The position numbers were made by a program, and so were the translations under genes. Shown here one piece after another: positions 63,557-64,000 of a stretch of DNA of 64,000 bases. The stretch is from Octopus bimaculoides. Its lineage: Eukaryota. Position 1 is the first letter of the stretch; each line of letters begins with the position of its first letter. The stretch is taken from positions 1,740,248 through 1,804,247 of the forward strand of contig NC_068995.1 in NCBI RefSeq assembly GCF_001194135.2, given 5' to 3'. Below the pieces are notes generated by a model that searched no databases, was not told where the DNA came from, and worked only from the letters and a program-made list of their open reading frames with translations.

Positions 63557-64000
63557 CCATCACCACCTCCATTACCACCACCACCACCACTGTTGTCTTC
63601 CTCCTCCTCATTATCATTGTTGTCATTGTCATCAACATCAGTCATCCTCATGGCCACCAGCAGTAACTGATTAACCATTAAGCAAAATAAGCACGTGCTG
63701 AGGGCACCAAGGGAAGGAGGGGGGACCACCTTCAACTTGCTAAAATAATATTCGGGATGCTTTTATCTCTACTAAGTATAGATGCAGATGTGTTACCTAA
63801 GATTAATTTTGAGGATCTGATCAAAAAACTTTGCAATTCAAAAAAGTAGGAGGAAACTATAAATAAAATGATACAAAAATAAACATTATTTTCCCTTTTA
63901 CTGTTTTGTTTCGTTTTGAAAAATAAAAATTTATTTTATGGTTTGTTATTGTTTATATTTTGGATTACATAATCTTTTCTGGGGACACCAAAATCTTTTA

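Overview
Eukaryotic, AT-rich, microsatellite-saturated genomic DNA with many N gaps next to simple repeats (e.g. 9491-9959, 10929-11249, 26910-27137, 35741-36291, 48686-48995, 58793-59199, 60678-61469). The repeat landscape points to an octopus-type coleoid cephalopod draft assembly (inference from recognised SINE families): several tRNA-headed SINE families, RTE-type (GAT)n-tailed SINEs, RTE and CR1/Zenon-like LINE 3' fragments, mariner and hAT relics. No intact multi-exon protein-coding gene can be assembled by eye, and almost all supplied ORFs are microsatellite or N-run artefacts. Recognisable coding relics are a hAT (Buster/Charlie, ZBED5-like) transposase, a DUF4817-type Tc1/mariner 5' end, an RTE LINE and two CR1-type LINE ends. 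The most interesting observations are: (i) two minimal type I hammerhead-ribozyme folds with non-canonical cores on opposite strands at about 9.0 and 9.35 kb, plus a CpG-decayed third copy at 60.5 kb; (ii) a stop-depleted ~520-codon single-frame relic with a hydrophobic N-half and an internal 20-bp hairpin; (iii) a ~110-bp near-perfect palindrome; (iv) an interstitial (TTAGGG)8 tract followed by kilobases of telomere-like degenerate DNA; (v) CpG zoning of SINE copies that suggests promoters near 14 kb and 25.6 kb, with several candidate exons. Repeat boundaries are approximate (tens of bp).
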